Source: Camelus dromedarius (taxonomy: Eukaryota). Taken from it: 64,000 nt of DNA. Positions 26,890 to 39,360 of this stretch are shown here, piece by piece. The stretch covers positions 56,856,001-56,920,000 of the forward strand of contig NC_087437.1 in the NCBI RefSeq assembly GCF_036321535.1. Reading direction: 5' to 3'. How positions within the stretch are numbered: position 1 is the first letter of the stretch; every line of letters starts with the position of its first letter. The notes below the pieces were generated by a model. The model was not told where the DNA came from. It saw nothing but the letters and a program-made list of their open reading frames with translations, and did not search any database. The position numbers and the translations under genes are program-made.

Positions 26890-28134
26890 CTGTTAAAAAT
26901 CAAATATTAAAATTAGTCTTTAATGGTAGCAATGTTGTTTTCTATCGAAGGAGAAGAAAGATGGATCAAATAAAGGAAAAGAGAAGAAAAGAGGAAAGAG
27001 AGAAAATGAACAGAAAACAAAGAGTAATAAAAAAATAAACAAAAAGAATTAAATTTTAAAAATAAAGGGAAATTTGCATTTAGGGACTGGCTGGAAAAGG
27101 TCAATGACTCAACAGGAGATCAGAAACAAACAGGTGTATGTCAAGTCTGGTCAGGTCTGGGTGTTCCTGAATGGGAAGCCTAAACACAGCCTGTGTAGCC
27201 AAGCTATGGTGAGCAGTATTTTCCAAGGAGCTCCAAGGAGTTACGTGAATGTTTGGATTTCCTGAAATATTTGTCCTTACTAGCAGGAAAGGAGAAGTAT
27301 TTTGAAGCCTTAGGGTTTCTACTCAGAGTTTAAGCCATGTTAATTTTTAACCAGCTCTCTGAGTGCCAAAACCCTGAAAGTTGAACTCTACCAAAATAGA
27401 ATCCATCCTGAGCTACGGCAGGTGTCTGTGTCCTAGCTGCTGGGAGTGACGGGGCATAATTCCCTTTGACAAACAGCCACAAAGTTTGTGTAATAATGGA
27501 TGTGCATGCAATTGTGTTTGAAAGAGTTAAGAAATCTAATCCAATGATTTTCCAATTTTCTTCATAGCAGGGTGTTGGGGGATAAGGTTGCGAGGGGACT
27601 CCCTGCACAGAAGCCAACTGCAGGTCAAGAAGGCGACACTCCTGGCCTCCCCAAACTAGCTGCTTCAAGTAGAACAGCTCCACTTTTGGGTTTTATTTAC
27701 TGGGACCCCATAGAATTTTGTTTGGAAAAAAGTACTTCCACTTTTAAAAAATAATAATAACTTTTGAAAATCACCAATCTAGCTACAGTCTTCCATTTTA
27801 CAGACAAAAGAGGTTTAGGTCTAGAGAATTTTCATTCTAATTTTAATTCTAACCATGGTCTCATAGTTAAGCACTTGGAGAGCTGAGCCTGGAATCCAAA
27901 TTTCTAGACATTTTATCCTATGATCACGTCAGCTATAGTTTTTTTTCTTTTTCTTTTTCTTTTCTTTTTTTAATGGAATTTGATTACTTTTTTCCTAGTG
28001 AATTATTTCACTTTTTCTCTAGCAGGAATAAAGCTGTACAATACAGTACTAGTAATTTTTTAAACTATTGCATTAAAAGAAATTGCCACATAGTTATTAT
28101 TAAAATTGAAATTTTAAGTATTTCACATTCTCAC

Positions 28135-28172
28135 CTGGTTAAGTTCTTCCAATTTGTTAGCCAGTTCTGCAT
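28135..28172 (-). CDS. UTS2B: UTS2B coding exon 3: (D)AELANKLEELNQ
   Basis: Acceptor tcttgcag|, donor CAG|gtgaga, 38 nt; matches recalled NKLEELNQ. Confidence 0.94.
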
Positions 28173-29316
28173 CTGCAAGATACATTTGTCATATAAAAAA
28201 GGTATATTGCAAGTAATATTTAATTCACTTCAAGTCACACATTCAGAAAGATAAAGGTCTTTTTAATATAATTTGAGATCACCCACCTGTCTCTAACATA
28301 AAGCCCCAAACATTTGTTCAATGCCTCTAATATTGAAATGTAATCAGTAATATAATGACAAAATAATTCATTTCTGTCCATAAGCACAAAGTTTTCTAAA
28401 AGAGACCATAGTTCTGACAAAGACTACTATTCAGAAATAAACTATTTTACTGACATGTGGAAATTCTCATGAAACAATATTAAGTGAAAAAAAGCAGGAC
28501 ATAAATTTTACCTAAATAATTCAGTCAAGAAGGAAATTCCCCAAAATATTAATAATAACTCCCTCTAGGTTTTACAATTTGAGTATAAATTTTTCTTTTT
28601 ATACTTTTATTTATTTTTTCAATGAAAATATCTTATTTCTAACTTTAAAATCCTGTATTTTACAGTATTTAGTAAGGCATTGTTTTAACTGGTACACTGT
28701 CCTGTGAATAGACAATTTTTTTAGAAGAACAGATGTCTTCTGAGAGGGTACCACATTGTCATATTTTCTGTTAAGTTAGAGTTGCTAACTTTCTGACAAT
28801 ATTTGTCACTTCTTAGAGACCAGTCTGATGCATAACTGTAAATCAGTTTTTCCTGTTCTTCAAAGAAGTAAAAAAAAAGCTCAGTCAGTGTAGCCTACAT
28901 TTCCCAATGGTTTCTACTCCAACCGTTTCCCAAATTTAGAGGACTTGATTGCAAAAAGTGCTAACTTAACTGCCACAAAACCACAGTAAATTTGAGAAGT
29001 TTTTAGTGGAAACCTGTGAACAGATTTGAAGCTTTTAGTAATACTCTTGAAGCATTTAGTAAAAGAAAACATAAACTGTCCCAGTGGGGAGTTGGATAGA
29101 TGAGAGGAAAATATAAGTAAAGATAACAATTTTATAACTAGATGGTTAGCTATCTCTTTAGGGCCCTCTAATTGAACAAAATAGCCTTTTAGTATTTTTT
29201 AATAACGCCATTGATTTTAGCGTGAATATAAAATAAGAAAAACAGTGATGCCTTCAATGCAGCATTAAAATTAGTAGTCATTATTTTATTTAATATAATT
29301 TAACAAAGGACAGGGC

Positions 29317-29352
29317 ATTGCTTCTCGGCCTTTTGGCTAAGGTAAAGTGTAG
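29317..29352 (+). pseudogene. 3'-truncated U2 snRNA retropseudogene (U2 nt 1-36) with target-site duplication
   Basis: attgcttctcggccttttggctaaggtaaagtgtag versus U2 ATCGCTTCTCGGCCTTTTGGCTAAGATCAAGTGTAG (3 mismatches). Flanked by aaaggacagggc (29305-29316) and aaagaacaggtc (29353-29364). Confidence 0.9.
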
Positions 29353-29406
29353 AAAGAACAGGTCAGAAGATAGAATAAATAAAGTTTGACTTTATTCTTA
29401 ACTCAC

Positions 29407-29505
29407 CAATGTTGGAAGCTCTTTGGAAATCAAAATTGTTAGTTAGTAGAGCCAGCAAGAGATCTTCATGATTTGTATCTTCTTTATCTGGAAACAATTT
29501 ATTTC
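29407..29505 (-). CDS. UTS2B: UTS2B coding exon 2: (G)NKLFPDKEDTNHEDLLLALLTNNFDFQRASNI(D)
   Basis: Acceptor tttacag|, donor G|gtgagt, 99 nt, phase 1-1, in frame with its neighbours. Confidence 0.95.
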
Positions 29506-31039
29506 CTGTAAATAATCACCCTCATGTAATGAAACCTCAATTTTCAATCTGTGTCACTGAAAGTGTTTTTAATTAAATAGGTTCTGTAGGTAACTGTCAA
29601 TATGTATACTCATCATTAAAAGGGGTGTGGAGAGACGTGTAATCCAAGAAGATGGGCTGTTTTAAAAAATCACTGAATGTGTCTCTGAACACTCCAAAAG
29701 AAATTGTGAGAGAGAGAGGGAGGCAGAGACAGAGAATATGCCTGGAAGGTTATAGCTTAAATTTTACCTATAATCATTTCTGGGCAGTAGAATTGCAGGT
29801 AAATTTTACTTTTGGGGGGTTTTTTTTGGTTTTTTTTTTTCAATCTGTGTATTTTTTTTTCTTCTACTGTGTTTAACATAAGAAATATCAATTAAAATCA
29901 GCTTTTAAAAGAAAAATAACACTTGATGTTAAGATTTATTTGATAGACCCATTTAAATATGAGCCATTTTGTGTTCTGGGAATTGCCTTTGAAACATTCA
30001 AGAAAATCTTGTGGAAGAGGCAGGTTGGTGCCTTCTTTTTCCATATTGATATCTTTCCATCTTTGTTCATTTACCTACCAGACCATTCATTGTTCAGGTG
30101 CGCAACTCTCTTAGCACTCTAAAAACAGAAAAATCACCCAAATTTTCTTAGATATTTTCATTCCAGAGTAGAATCAGGAAAAAAGACTTTATTCAAGCTA
30201 TAAAACACGAAGATGCAACAAGATATCTATTAACAAATAAAGCAATTAAAATAATAACTCGTGTGTTACAAACAAAATGAACTTTGTGGGATGGCCTAAA
30301 AAAGATCAAACCTTTATCATAGGGATGGCAAAGTTACTCAGACATAAGGGAGTGACTGCTTTTGCAGACTGAAAAAAACTAATTCATTAATACTTGGGAT
30401 GGTGACCATTAAAAGACGTAAGTCGTCTCCTTGCTTGTCATTCAAATGTGAAGTTTTTTTATTGGAGATAGAGAAAATTTTGCCAGAAAAAAAAATCTGG
30501 AAACCACTCCCCCAAAATGATAGTATATCCAAAAAATTAAATTTCTATGGTCTTTCTGGTCACGCTATTTACTTCTCCACCTTTCGCAGTAGGCAGTTTG
30601 CCCAGTTTCATGGTGCATCCACTGAGGCATGATTTTCTGCGACCCAAACCGAATGAAATCTGGCAGATTGTGCCTCTAGTCTTGGATAGTGTCTCACACA
30701 GAAAGAAGAATGGCGACCTCATCTTATCAGTCTGTCAATAGACAAATGCTTTATTTGTAAACAATGTGTTAAAAGACTGAAATAAATCAAACACTTAGTT
30801 GCTTTGAAAAATGTGCATGGAGAGAGGCTGAGTCTAATCACGGACAATTTAGATTAGAAAATAATCTTACCAGTAACTCCTCTTCTCCATTTACAGCTAA
30901 TGAACTGAGATCAAAGAGGGGCCCAGAGAGAAAACATTACACATGCATTTCACTGGGTGATGTTCTGGGGTCAGAAGTGTTACTCAGCTGTAATCTAGCA
31001 AAATGTTTGAGCTGGATTTTTCTGTTTTTCATATACACA

Positions 31040-31526
31040 TGTGAACGAAAAATACTGCAAGCCTTATCAGTAAGCAAAGAATGCTAAAGCCATCAAGTCA
31101 TCAGCAGCTGCTGCCACCCCCCAGTGAAGACAAGCCTGCAGACCAGCCTCTGCAGCCACTCACAATGGTGCACCCTGAGGGGACTCGGAATAAGAAAGGA
31201 TGGGATACTGGCCCTAGAGAGCTAGGTGCTTGCCAAAGGAATGAATTCAATGAGCCCACATGTTTGCTTCCTCCCATACATAGAAAAACACTAAATTGTT
31301 TAACTTGAGATGTCTGGTTTTCTTTAGTCAACAAGCAATCTTTTAATGTTCCAACTACCTGGTCTTTGTTGTAAAGCTCCTATATATCCTAGCTCCTCCC
31401 CTATCTCTTCGTAGCAGTCCCTCAGAGCCATCTGAGAGGCTGTCATCTTGGGCAGAGTCCTCAGAATTGTCCACCGAATAAAACATAACTTTCAGCTTTT
31501 AGGTTATGCATTTATTTCAGTCAACA
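31040..31526 (+). mobile_element. ERV1-type solo LTR in UTS2B coding intron 1, antisense to the gene
   Basis: TG...CA termini (tgtgaac...gtcaaca), exact 4-bp TSD caca (31036-31039 / 31527-31530), TATA-like cctatatatcc near 31380, AATAAA at 31477-31482. Confidence 0.85.
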
Positions 31527-32867
31527 CACATCACATCAGAAGTTACAGTCATCACTAATATCCTATTTTTGCAAAGTCCTCAATGAATGCCCAGAGGTTT
31601 CCTCACACATTTACAGTGTTAAGAACACTGAAAATCCCATTATTTTACAGGAAAAACAATGAAGGCCTACCAAATACAATGATTTTGGCTGGCCAAGGAC
31701 AAAATGTGAGTGCCATGGGTAAAATCCAGAATCTCATTCCCAGGCTTGTATTTAGGTCTCTGAGACAATTTGTTTTTCATAGGGAAAATCCCCATAAATA
31801 AATAGTAAGGGTTTATGGAATTTTATTTCCACTGCCAAAAGAACTGCTCTAGTTTTCACTGACTTTTAAAACCACATTTGAGGCAACATGGTCTAGTAAA
31901 GTTGAATTAGATCCGAAAGGAGAAACTTGATCCCTTTTCTCAACCCAGTATCATGTAAACAAAATCTATTACATTCTGTCTTGGTTCCCCTAAGACAAAA
32001 ATAAAAGGCTATCTCCCTCTTCCTGACAAAGAGGTCAGTTAAATGGTACATAACCTCAGAATTTCAAACTGGAAGGGATATTAAAGAGTGTTATTTTTAA
32101 GTTACTGTTTTTAAAATGTAAAGAAATATATAAAAGTTTCAATGAGGTGAGGTTGTTTGCCTAATAAATCTAGCTCTACTGATTCCCAGATTAACAGCTG
32201 TTTCCATGACAGAATGTATTGAACATGTTAAAGATCAATACAAGTTACAATATTGTAAGAGCAAAAAATTATTTTCTCTACCTTTATCATATTTGTAGAT
32301 GTCATAAGCTAAATTATTTCACTTAACATAATATGTTAGGAATTTGATAAATACAGTCAATGCATAATGTTGGCATTAGCATCATCCTCCTAAAATTACT
32401 ATATAAATTTCCCCATGCATTATTCCCCCCAAATCTCTGCAAGCACAAGTTTCTATCTTGCTGTGTTCTTCTCTGAGCCCCTCTCCTTTAAAAACTAACT
32501 TACTGAAAATCTCATTTTTCTTTCCCTAAGATATACTTTTGAAATATGCACAGCACTGTATTACTGTTTATACATTCCCATCTTTGGTCATGGACTAGAA
32601 ATAAGAAAGCTGTGCCCCATGATTAGAAAAAAAAAAAGTGTTGTTGAAACAAATTTAGTATAATTTTGGTTAAAATTAGTTTACTTGAGAACAACATCAC
32701 CGATCATGTTTAATTTAAAACAGTAACTACTGTAGGGTTCTTTGCTGATTAATTACATTGATGTTTAAAACATTACTGCCACAATGGTAGAAAAGTCAAA
32801 GCAATGCAGACAGGAAGATAAAGGTTATTTACCCCACATGTAGGATTTTAGAGTCGTATATACATAC

Positions 32868-32970
32868 CTTGGATAAAATATGGCAGTCCATGCACGGATT
32901 CTAAAAAGATCGTTACAGATAACAAAGTCAGGAGTCCAAAACAAATAATGGTTGAGAGGATCTTGTTCAT
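32868..32970 (-). CDS. UTS2B: Urotensin-2B precursor, coding exon 1 (signal peptide): MNKILSTIICFGLLTLLSVTIFLESVHGLPYFIQ(G)
   Basis: ATG at 32970-32968; 103 nt; donor G|gtatgt. Hydrophobic signal peptide similar to recalled human MNKILSSTVCFGLLTLLSV. Confidence 0.96.
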
Positions 32971-33096
32971 GTTAAAAATCTTCTTCCGCACTAGCGGAGA
33001 AACTGACTATCCAGGTCGAGACGAATATTTCAATGGCTCTGGAATGCTGCAGAAATCACTTTTAAAAGGTGGTAAGTGTGCTTCAACTACAAATGA

Positions 33097-33131
33097 TCTG
33101 GACGAAGGGGAAAAAAATGCAACTTATAAAA
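33097..33131 (-). promoter_or_regulatory. UTS2B: Candidate UTS2B proximal TATA-like box and/or splice acceptor of the first coding exon
   Basis: The minus strand reads ttttataagttgcatttttttccccttcgtccag|atc, with TATAAG at 33128-33123 and AG at 33099-33098. CpGs are locally retained at 32985-33105. Confidence 0.45.
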
Positions 33132-34025
33132 TGTAATGCACCCTGTCAACATGATTCACTACTTGGAGAAGTGACAGATTTGCTACTCAGTTAATGACAG
33201 AAGAACCCAATCAATACATCTCATACCTGCCCATTTCACTAAAAGCAGACATGCCTGTGCACTGAGACACATGCACAGCATAAAGCAAAAGCTGGGACTG
33301 TAGAACCCTGTGGGTTAGATTTTCATAACAATGAAAGGGGAACAATACTTTTCATTTGGCTAATTTACAGCCAGATGTGGTCTTCTTGATAGTTATGTTA
33401 TTTGCAACCATCACTTCATTTTTAACCTACCAAATAGATTTGAGCTGGGAAGACCTCAAATGAAAATGAATCATAACGGGAACATTAAATTCTCACTCTA
33501 TTGGAGAAGGATGGTTTCATTTTGCTGCACTCAGCACTCTTAAAAATTAAGACTGAATCTAATTAATTCAAAGTTGGCAAATGTCCCACCAATTACTCTC
33601 TTTAATACTTGCTTTAATTGTGGTGGTTTTATTTTTAAGTCAAAGTCTTTCAGTATATCTACAATTCCAATTTTATGGCTCTGATGATACAAGAATGACC
33701 TTTGGCCTTGGCCACTACTCCTTCTCCCAAGAGACTTAAGAGGCATTAGCTCTAAAACTGACTCAGTTCCACAGGCATAAACTGCAGCACATGACAATGT
33801 TAAGGACGGGGAATGATCAAACTTTTCACTAACCTACTGCTTTAATAAATTTTCTGAATAAAGTCTAAACTGCTTAGTTTGATATTCAGGCTTGTTTTTT
33901 CGTCACAGAGTCATTTTCCACTACATGTAAAAGCCACCGCAGACTTCCAATTCCTGAACATACCCTGCACTTCCTTCACTCCAGAGCTTTGCTGACACAC
34001 TTCTATCTGCCTGGACTCTTCATTC

Positions 34026-34642
34026 TGAGACAGGAAGAGGGCAGGGCACAGCCATTCAAGGAACAACACAGCAATTAACACCAGAATGGCGAAAGATTCA
34101 ACCCCCAGTTTGCCTTGAGGCTCAAGATGGTGGGAGATTTAACTTCCTAGAGCTTCCTTATAAAGTAATATATTAACATTGTGAATAACATGCCCACAGG
34201 CACCATGACAATCCCAAGGCTAGCCACAAAAGGTCAAAGAGTGGGAAATGGCCATCTTCCTGGGAATCCCAGCCCCTTCCCCAGGCTAGTTAGACTTGTC
34301 CTTCCACTTATTAGCATATGAAGCCACTGAGCCCATAAAAACTGGCAACACAGAGCCTTGTGGCCAACCCCTCTCTCTCTGTCTTCTGAGACAGCCCACA
34401 CTCTATGGAGTGTGTACCTACTTTTACTCTAATCTGAGCACCCAACCCCCACAGCTCATGGCCCTTCTCTTGCCTTTTGATGTATCTCTAAATAAATCTA
34501 CCTTTACTCAACTGTGGCTCGCTCTTGAATTCTTCCCTGCACGAAGCCAAGGACCCACATTTGCGGGGCACGTCCCAGGGACTCAGCGGAAGCCTGGGAC
34601 ACGGGCCCTCCTCAGGCCCCACATCCGCTCTTCCTGCTATCA
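34026..34642 (+). mobile_element. ERV1-type solo LTR about 1 kb upstream of the UTS2B ATG
   Basis: tgagacagg...cctgctatca termini, TSD attc/gttc, cccataaaaa TATA-like box, AATAAA near 34491, CpG-retaining U5. Confidence 0.85.
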
Positions 34643-37289
34643 GTTCCACCACCATTTCACCTACTCAGTCCGCAGCCTCTGTTTACTCTTTTGAATCTCT
34701 CTCTCTTTTTTCCTTATAATTATAACTTTGATTTTTTGCCTCCTTTGCACTGCCACAACACTTTGTTTATAAATCTATCATAGCTCAAAACCCACTCTTC
34801 TTTTCATTACAGTGTGTCTGCCTCCACTATTAAATAGTAGATACTTTGAAAGCAGTTATTGCTAAAGTCATTTCTATCCTATCTGCAAGTATCAGAATGA
34901 TTTAAAGGAAAAATAAGTGAAAACGTAGTTGATGTGTGAATAAAGAATAACTGAAATGTCTGGTAACATTTTTATTGAAGAATAATTGATTTACAATGTT
35001 GTGTGAGTGAACTGTTTGGTAATTTAAAAGCAAATGGGGTAATGCACTCCAGCATTATATCTAGTTACAAGGCAAAATAAGTGAAAAGAATAATTGCAAC
35101 CCTTTAAGTGTCTGTTTTATCATGAGCCTAAAAATTCAAGAATAAACACTGTCTTTGAAACTTGATTTTGAAAGTTTATCATGCTTCTGTCATTCAAATA
35201 CACCTTGTTGCTACCTATCATAATTTATTCAATGAATTATTTAGATTAGCTTTTTAAACTCTATTTTTTAACAACTATATCAATATGGAAAATTGGTATC
35301 AAGATCATTTGATGGACAAAGAATATACAAATATGATTAAAAATAGTATAATTACAAGTTAAACATTAAAGAAAAAAGTAAAGATCATATATGTAATATA
35401 CAGATAAAAAATCTGATCAATCATATATAAAATATACTGACAATAAATCTACTAATCCAAAATGAAGACCCAAGAATAAATTACCAGATGAAATGAGAAA
35501 GTTAAATATGAGCCAGTATTATGTTCAGCTCATGGTTCCTTAATTTAAAAAAAAAAATGATTATAGATGTAAATAAGGTTGTTCAGATTTTTAAAAATTT
35601 TGTTATAAGAGCAAGGAACCCCAATTCTCATGGGGGTTGCTTTCTTTTTTTTTTTTTGCTTTTATTATGACTTGATCATGAATATGAAAAACATAAAGAA
35701 TTCATAAAAAGCAGATAGAACAAGTAAATGTTTAGAGTATTACACAACACAAATCAGTACTTTGAAAAACATATTTCTGTAATATAGCGATGAACAATTG
35801 GAAATTGGAATTAAAATTAACATTTACAGTACTATAAAAACATGATAGAAATTAACATTAAATTTATCAAACATATTAGGCTCATGTACTGAAAATTATG
35901 TTTCCTATAGTTAGGACTAAACGTTGAGTTTATGCAAAATATTCAGCATTCACTGTTTGGTAAATGTTGTTAATACCAATCTCAACACATTTATTAAATA
36001 TTTTAGTTTGTTTGCTTTAGTCTTTTTTTTAGGTTTCTTTTTTTTTCAATTTCTGTTGATTTCTAGTAACTATTAATGCATTAACAGAATCAGGTGGCAT
36101 TATTATTTTTCACTAAAATAATACCTTGCCTTATTCTAAATGTGAACTGAGTGTGAGGGGTTGCTTTCTTAAAAGAGGCGAAATAATTGATTTGCCGTCT
36201 CTGATAAGGTGACTCATTTTTAAACAAAATTACATATATATGTGTATGGTTTCACAAATGCTTGTTTCAGGAAATCTGATCCAATCTTCTGAATCTTCTC
36301 TTCTGTGGTATTTTATTTGATGTCAGCAAAGTGATGAAAAATAGATTCCTTATTCATATCCACCCATCCACTTTGGAAAAAAGCTTACAAAGACCTTTCA
36401 TTAAATCTTTCATCCCTCTCTCCTTGATAACTTTTACAAAATTTCTCTCATGAGTGTATAACCAAATTAATTGTTGAAATAAAAACAAATTTTCACTACT
36501 GATTGTATTGAACAGATAAATGAAATTAGAATATTTGCTTCTGTAGCCATTAGTATACACAGTAGTAATACGGAGCAAGGTTATTGTTGTCATTCAGGGA
36601 GCAATCATCCCATACCAGACCATGTTCTAAACACTCCACATTTAGTATCTCCTTAATTCCTACCACAGTCCCTCAATAATTATAAAATTGTTGTAATATT
36701 TCACCTTTTCCAGCAAAGGAAGAAAGTTGTGGGGACAAAAGTGAAAACTAGCTCTATCCAACTGCAGAGCCACACCCTTAACGGGAAAAACAGGAATGAA
36801 AAATGATCAATTGTTCCAGTAACAGAGATCCTGATTTTAAGAAACTTACACTTTGCGTTTTCAAGAGCAATTTTTTTGATCACTTAGTCTGTATTTCAAT
36901 TATAGCATGTCAATAGCATTTCTATGTTGTCAATAAAGACGTTGTCGAGTTATAATTTACAGAAAGCTCTAAGATTCATATACATCCGAACTATTTCTCA
37001 TGATGAGTGACACCAAAAGAGCAGATAGAGCCCGTGTGGTGACTCAAACACATTTGAATAGTTACTTTCTGACTCTATAAAGCTCTTGGGCTTTTTTTTT
37101 CCAGTAAGTAGGAAAATGGAACCATTTCGTTTGGACCTCTCCCTGACCCTGTTAGTTCTTGGTAAAATTCCTAACAAAAAGTTAAATAAGAGAGTGAAAA
37201 CAGCCGGCAGAGGGAAGAAGGAAAGGCAGAGGCTCGGGCGTTCTGGCAAACCAGAACCTGGATTTCTCTTAAGAGCTCTGAATGGCCTT

Positions 37290-39360
37290 TATTTGTCCAA
37301 AAAAGTAGAAATGTCTATTCAAATACTTGGGCAATTTTTTAGATTGGGTTGTTATTTTATTATTAAGTTATAAGAGTTCTTCGTATTCTGGATACTAGTC
37401 CCTTACCAGATGTATAATTTGCAAACGTATTTTATATTCTGTTGATTGTCTTTTCACTTTCTCAGTAGTGTCCTTTGAAGCATTTTGTTTGGATAAAGTC
37501 CCCAACTTATCTATTTTTTCTTTTGTCCTTTTGTGTTTTTAGTATTATATCTAAGAAACTATTGCCTAATCCAAAATCATGCAGATTTTATGCCTATGGG
37601 TTTTTGGTTTTTGGGGGGTTTTTTGGAGTTTTATAGTTTTAGCTCTTAAATGTACGCGTCTGTCCCATTTTGCATTAATATTTGCATATAATGTGAGGAA
37701 AGGGTCCAGCTTTCTTCTTTTGCAGGCAGACATCTAGTTGGCCCAGCAGCATCCATTGAAAAGATCATTCTTTTCTCCGTTGAATGGTCTCAGCATCTTG
37801 TCTAAATCAATTGACAATAGATGTATCGTTTTATTTCTGGATTCTCAGTCCTATTTCATTGATCAATTTGTTTATCCTTATGCCAGTACCACATTGTCTC
37901 AATGAATGTAGATTTGTAGTAAGTGTTTAAATTAGGAAGTCTGAGACTTCCAGTTTTGTCCTTCTTTTTCCGGATCTCTTGTATTTCCATATAAATTTTA
38001 GGATTAACTTGTCAAATTCTATGAAAAAAGGACAACTGGGATTTTAATAGGAATTGCCTTGCATTTATAGGTCAGTTTAGGAAATATCACCATCTTAAAA
38101 AATATTACATCTTTCAATCCATTCACACAGGGTATCTTTTTAACTATTTAGGTCTTCAGTTACTTTCAAAGCTGTTTTGTAGTTTTCAACGAACAAGTCT
38201 TACACTAATTTTGCCCAATTTTCTTCTGAATAGTTTATCTTTCTGACGTTTTAAAAATGGAATTATTTTCTTAATATTTGCATTGTTCATTGCTGCAGTA
38301 CAAAATACAGTTAATTCTGTATAATGATCTTGTTTCTTCCAAACTTGCTGACCTCATTTATGAGCTCTAACATTTTTCTTTGTTTTGCTGATTTCTTCAG
38401 AGTTTCCATTTCAAATATCATGCCATCCACAAATATACTTTTACTCCTTCCTTAAAATCTAGGTGACTTTTGTTTCTTTTTCCTACTGGTTGTCTGGCTA
38501 TAACCTTCATTACAATATTGAACAGAAATGGTTAAGAGTAGATCTAGTTACCTTGTTCCTCGATCTCGTGTGGAAAAGTTTTCAAAATTTCACCTTTAAG
38601 GACAGTATTAGTTTTGGATTTTTTGTAGATGCCCTTTACCAGACTGAGGAAATTCCCTTCAACTCCTAGTTTGTTGAGTGTTTTTATTATACAAGTGTTG
38701 GATTTTGTCAGATGTTGTTTCTCATTTATTAAGACAGTCATGTGGTTTTATTCTTTATTCTGCTAATGTGGTGTATTCCACTGATCAGTTTTTTGTATGT
38801 TAAATAAACTTTGTATTCTTGGAATAAATTCCATTTGGTCATAGTGTATTTTTCTTATGAATATGCTGCTAGATTCAGTTTGCTAGTATTTTACTGAGAT
38901 TCTTTACACCTATATTTATAAGAGATATTGTTATGTAGTTGTCTTTTCTTGTTATGTCATTGTGTAGTCTGGGTATCAGACAACACTAGCATCATGGAAT
39001 TAACCGAGAAGCGTTCTCTCCTCTTTTCATTTTTAAAGAGTTTCTAAGGATTGGTGTTCTTTCTTCTTTAAATAATTGGTAGAATTCAACAGTGAAGTCA
39101 TCTCATCCTGGACTTTCCTTCATGGGAATTTTTTTGAAATATTAATTCAATCTCATTGTTTATTATAGGTCTATGATATGTCTTGATTTGGTTTTAGCAG
39201 TTTGTGTTTTTCTTGGAACCTGTCTATTTCATCTAGGTTATCTAATGGTTGGTAACCTAGAAAACCAACCATTTTAGTGTTTCATAGTGTTCCTTTATGT
39301 GCCTTTTTATTTTTCATAGTGTTCCTTTATGTGCCTTTTGATTTCTGTAAGATTAGCAGT
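37290..39360 (-). mobile_element. Decayed L1 ORF2 fragment
   Basis: T-rich. The minus-strand ORF 38544-38741 (IKTLNKLGVEGNFLSLVKGIYKK...GEILKTFP) is recognisable L1 ORF2 RT-region sequence. Confidence 0.88.

Noticed and set aside
29317..29352. Functional U2 snRNA gene
   Set aside because: Only the first 36 nt are present, with no Sm site or 3' stem-loops, and it is flanked by a TSD.
32948..33136. 62-aa plus-strand ORF over the UTS2B start
   Set aside because: Antisense to a real exon, short, and with no supporting features.
34296..34719. 132-aa and 64-aa ORFs; likewise 46306-46704 and 31081-31334
   Set aside because: They lie within solo LTRs and show no recognisable protein similarity.
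38544..38741. RT-like peptide
   Set aside because: A short remnant of decayed L1 ORF2 surrounded by stops and frameshifts, not an intact gene.
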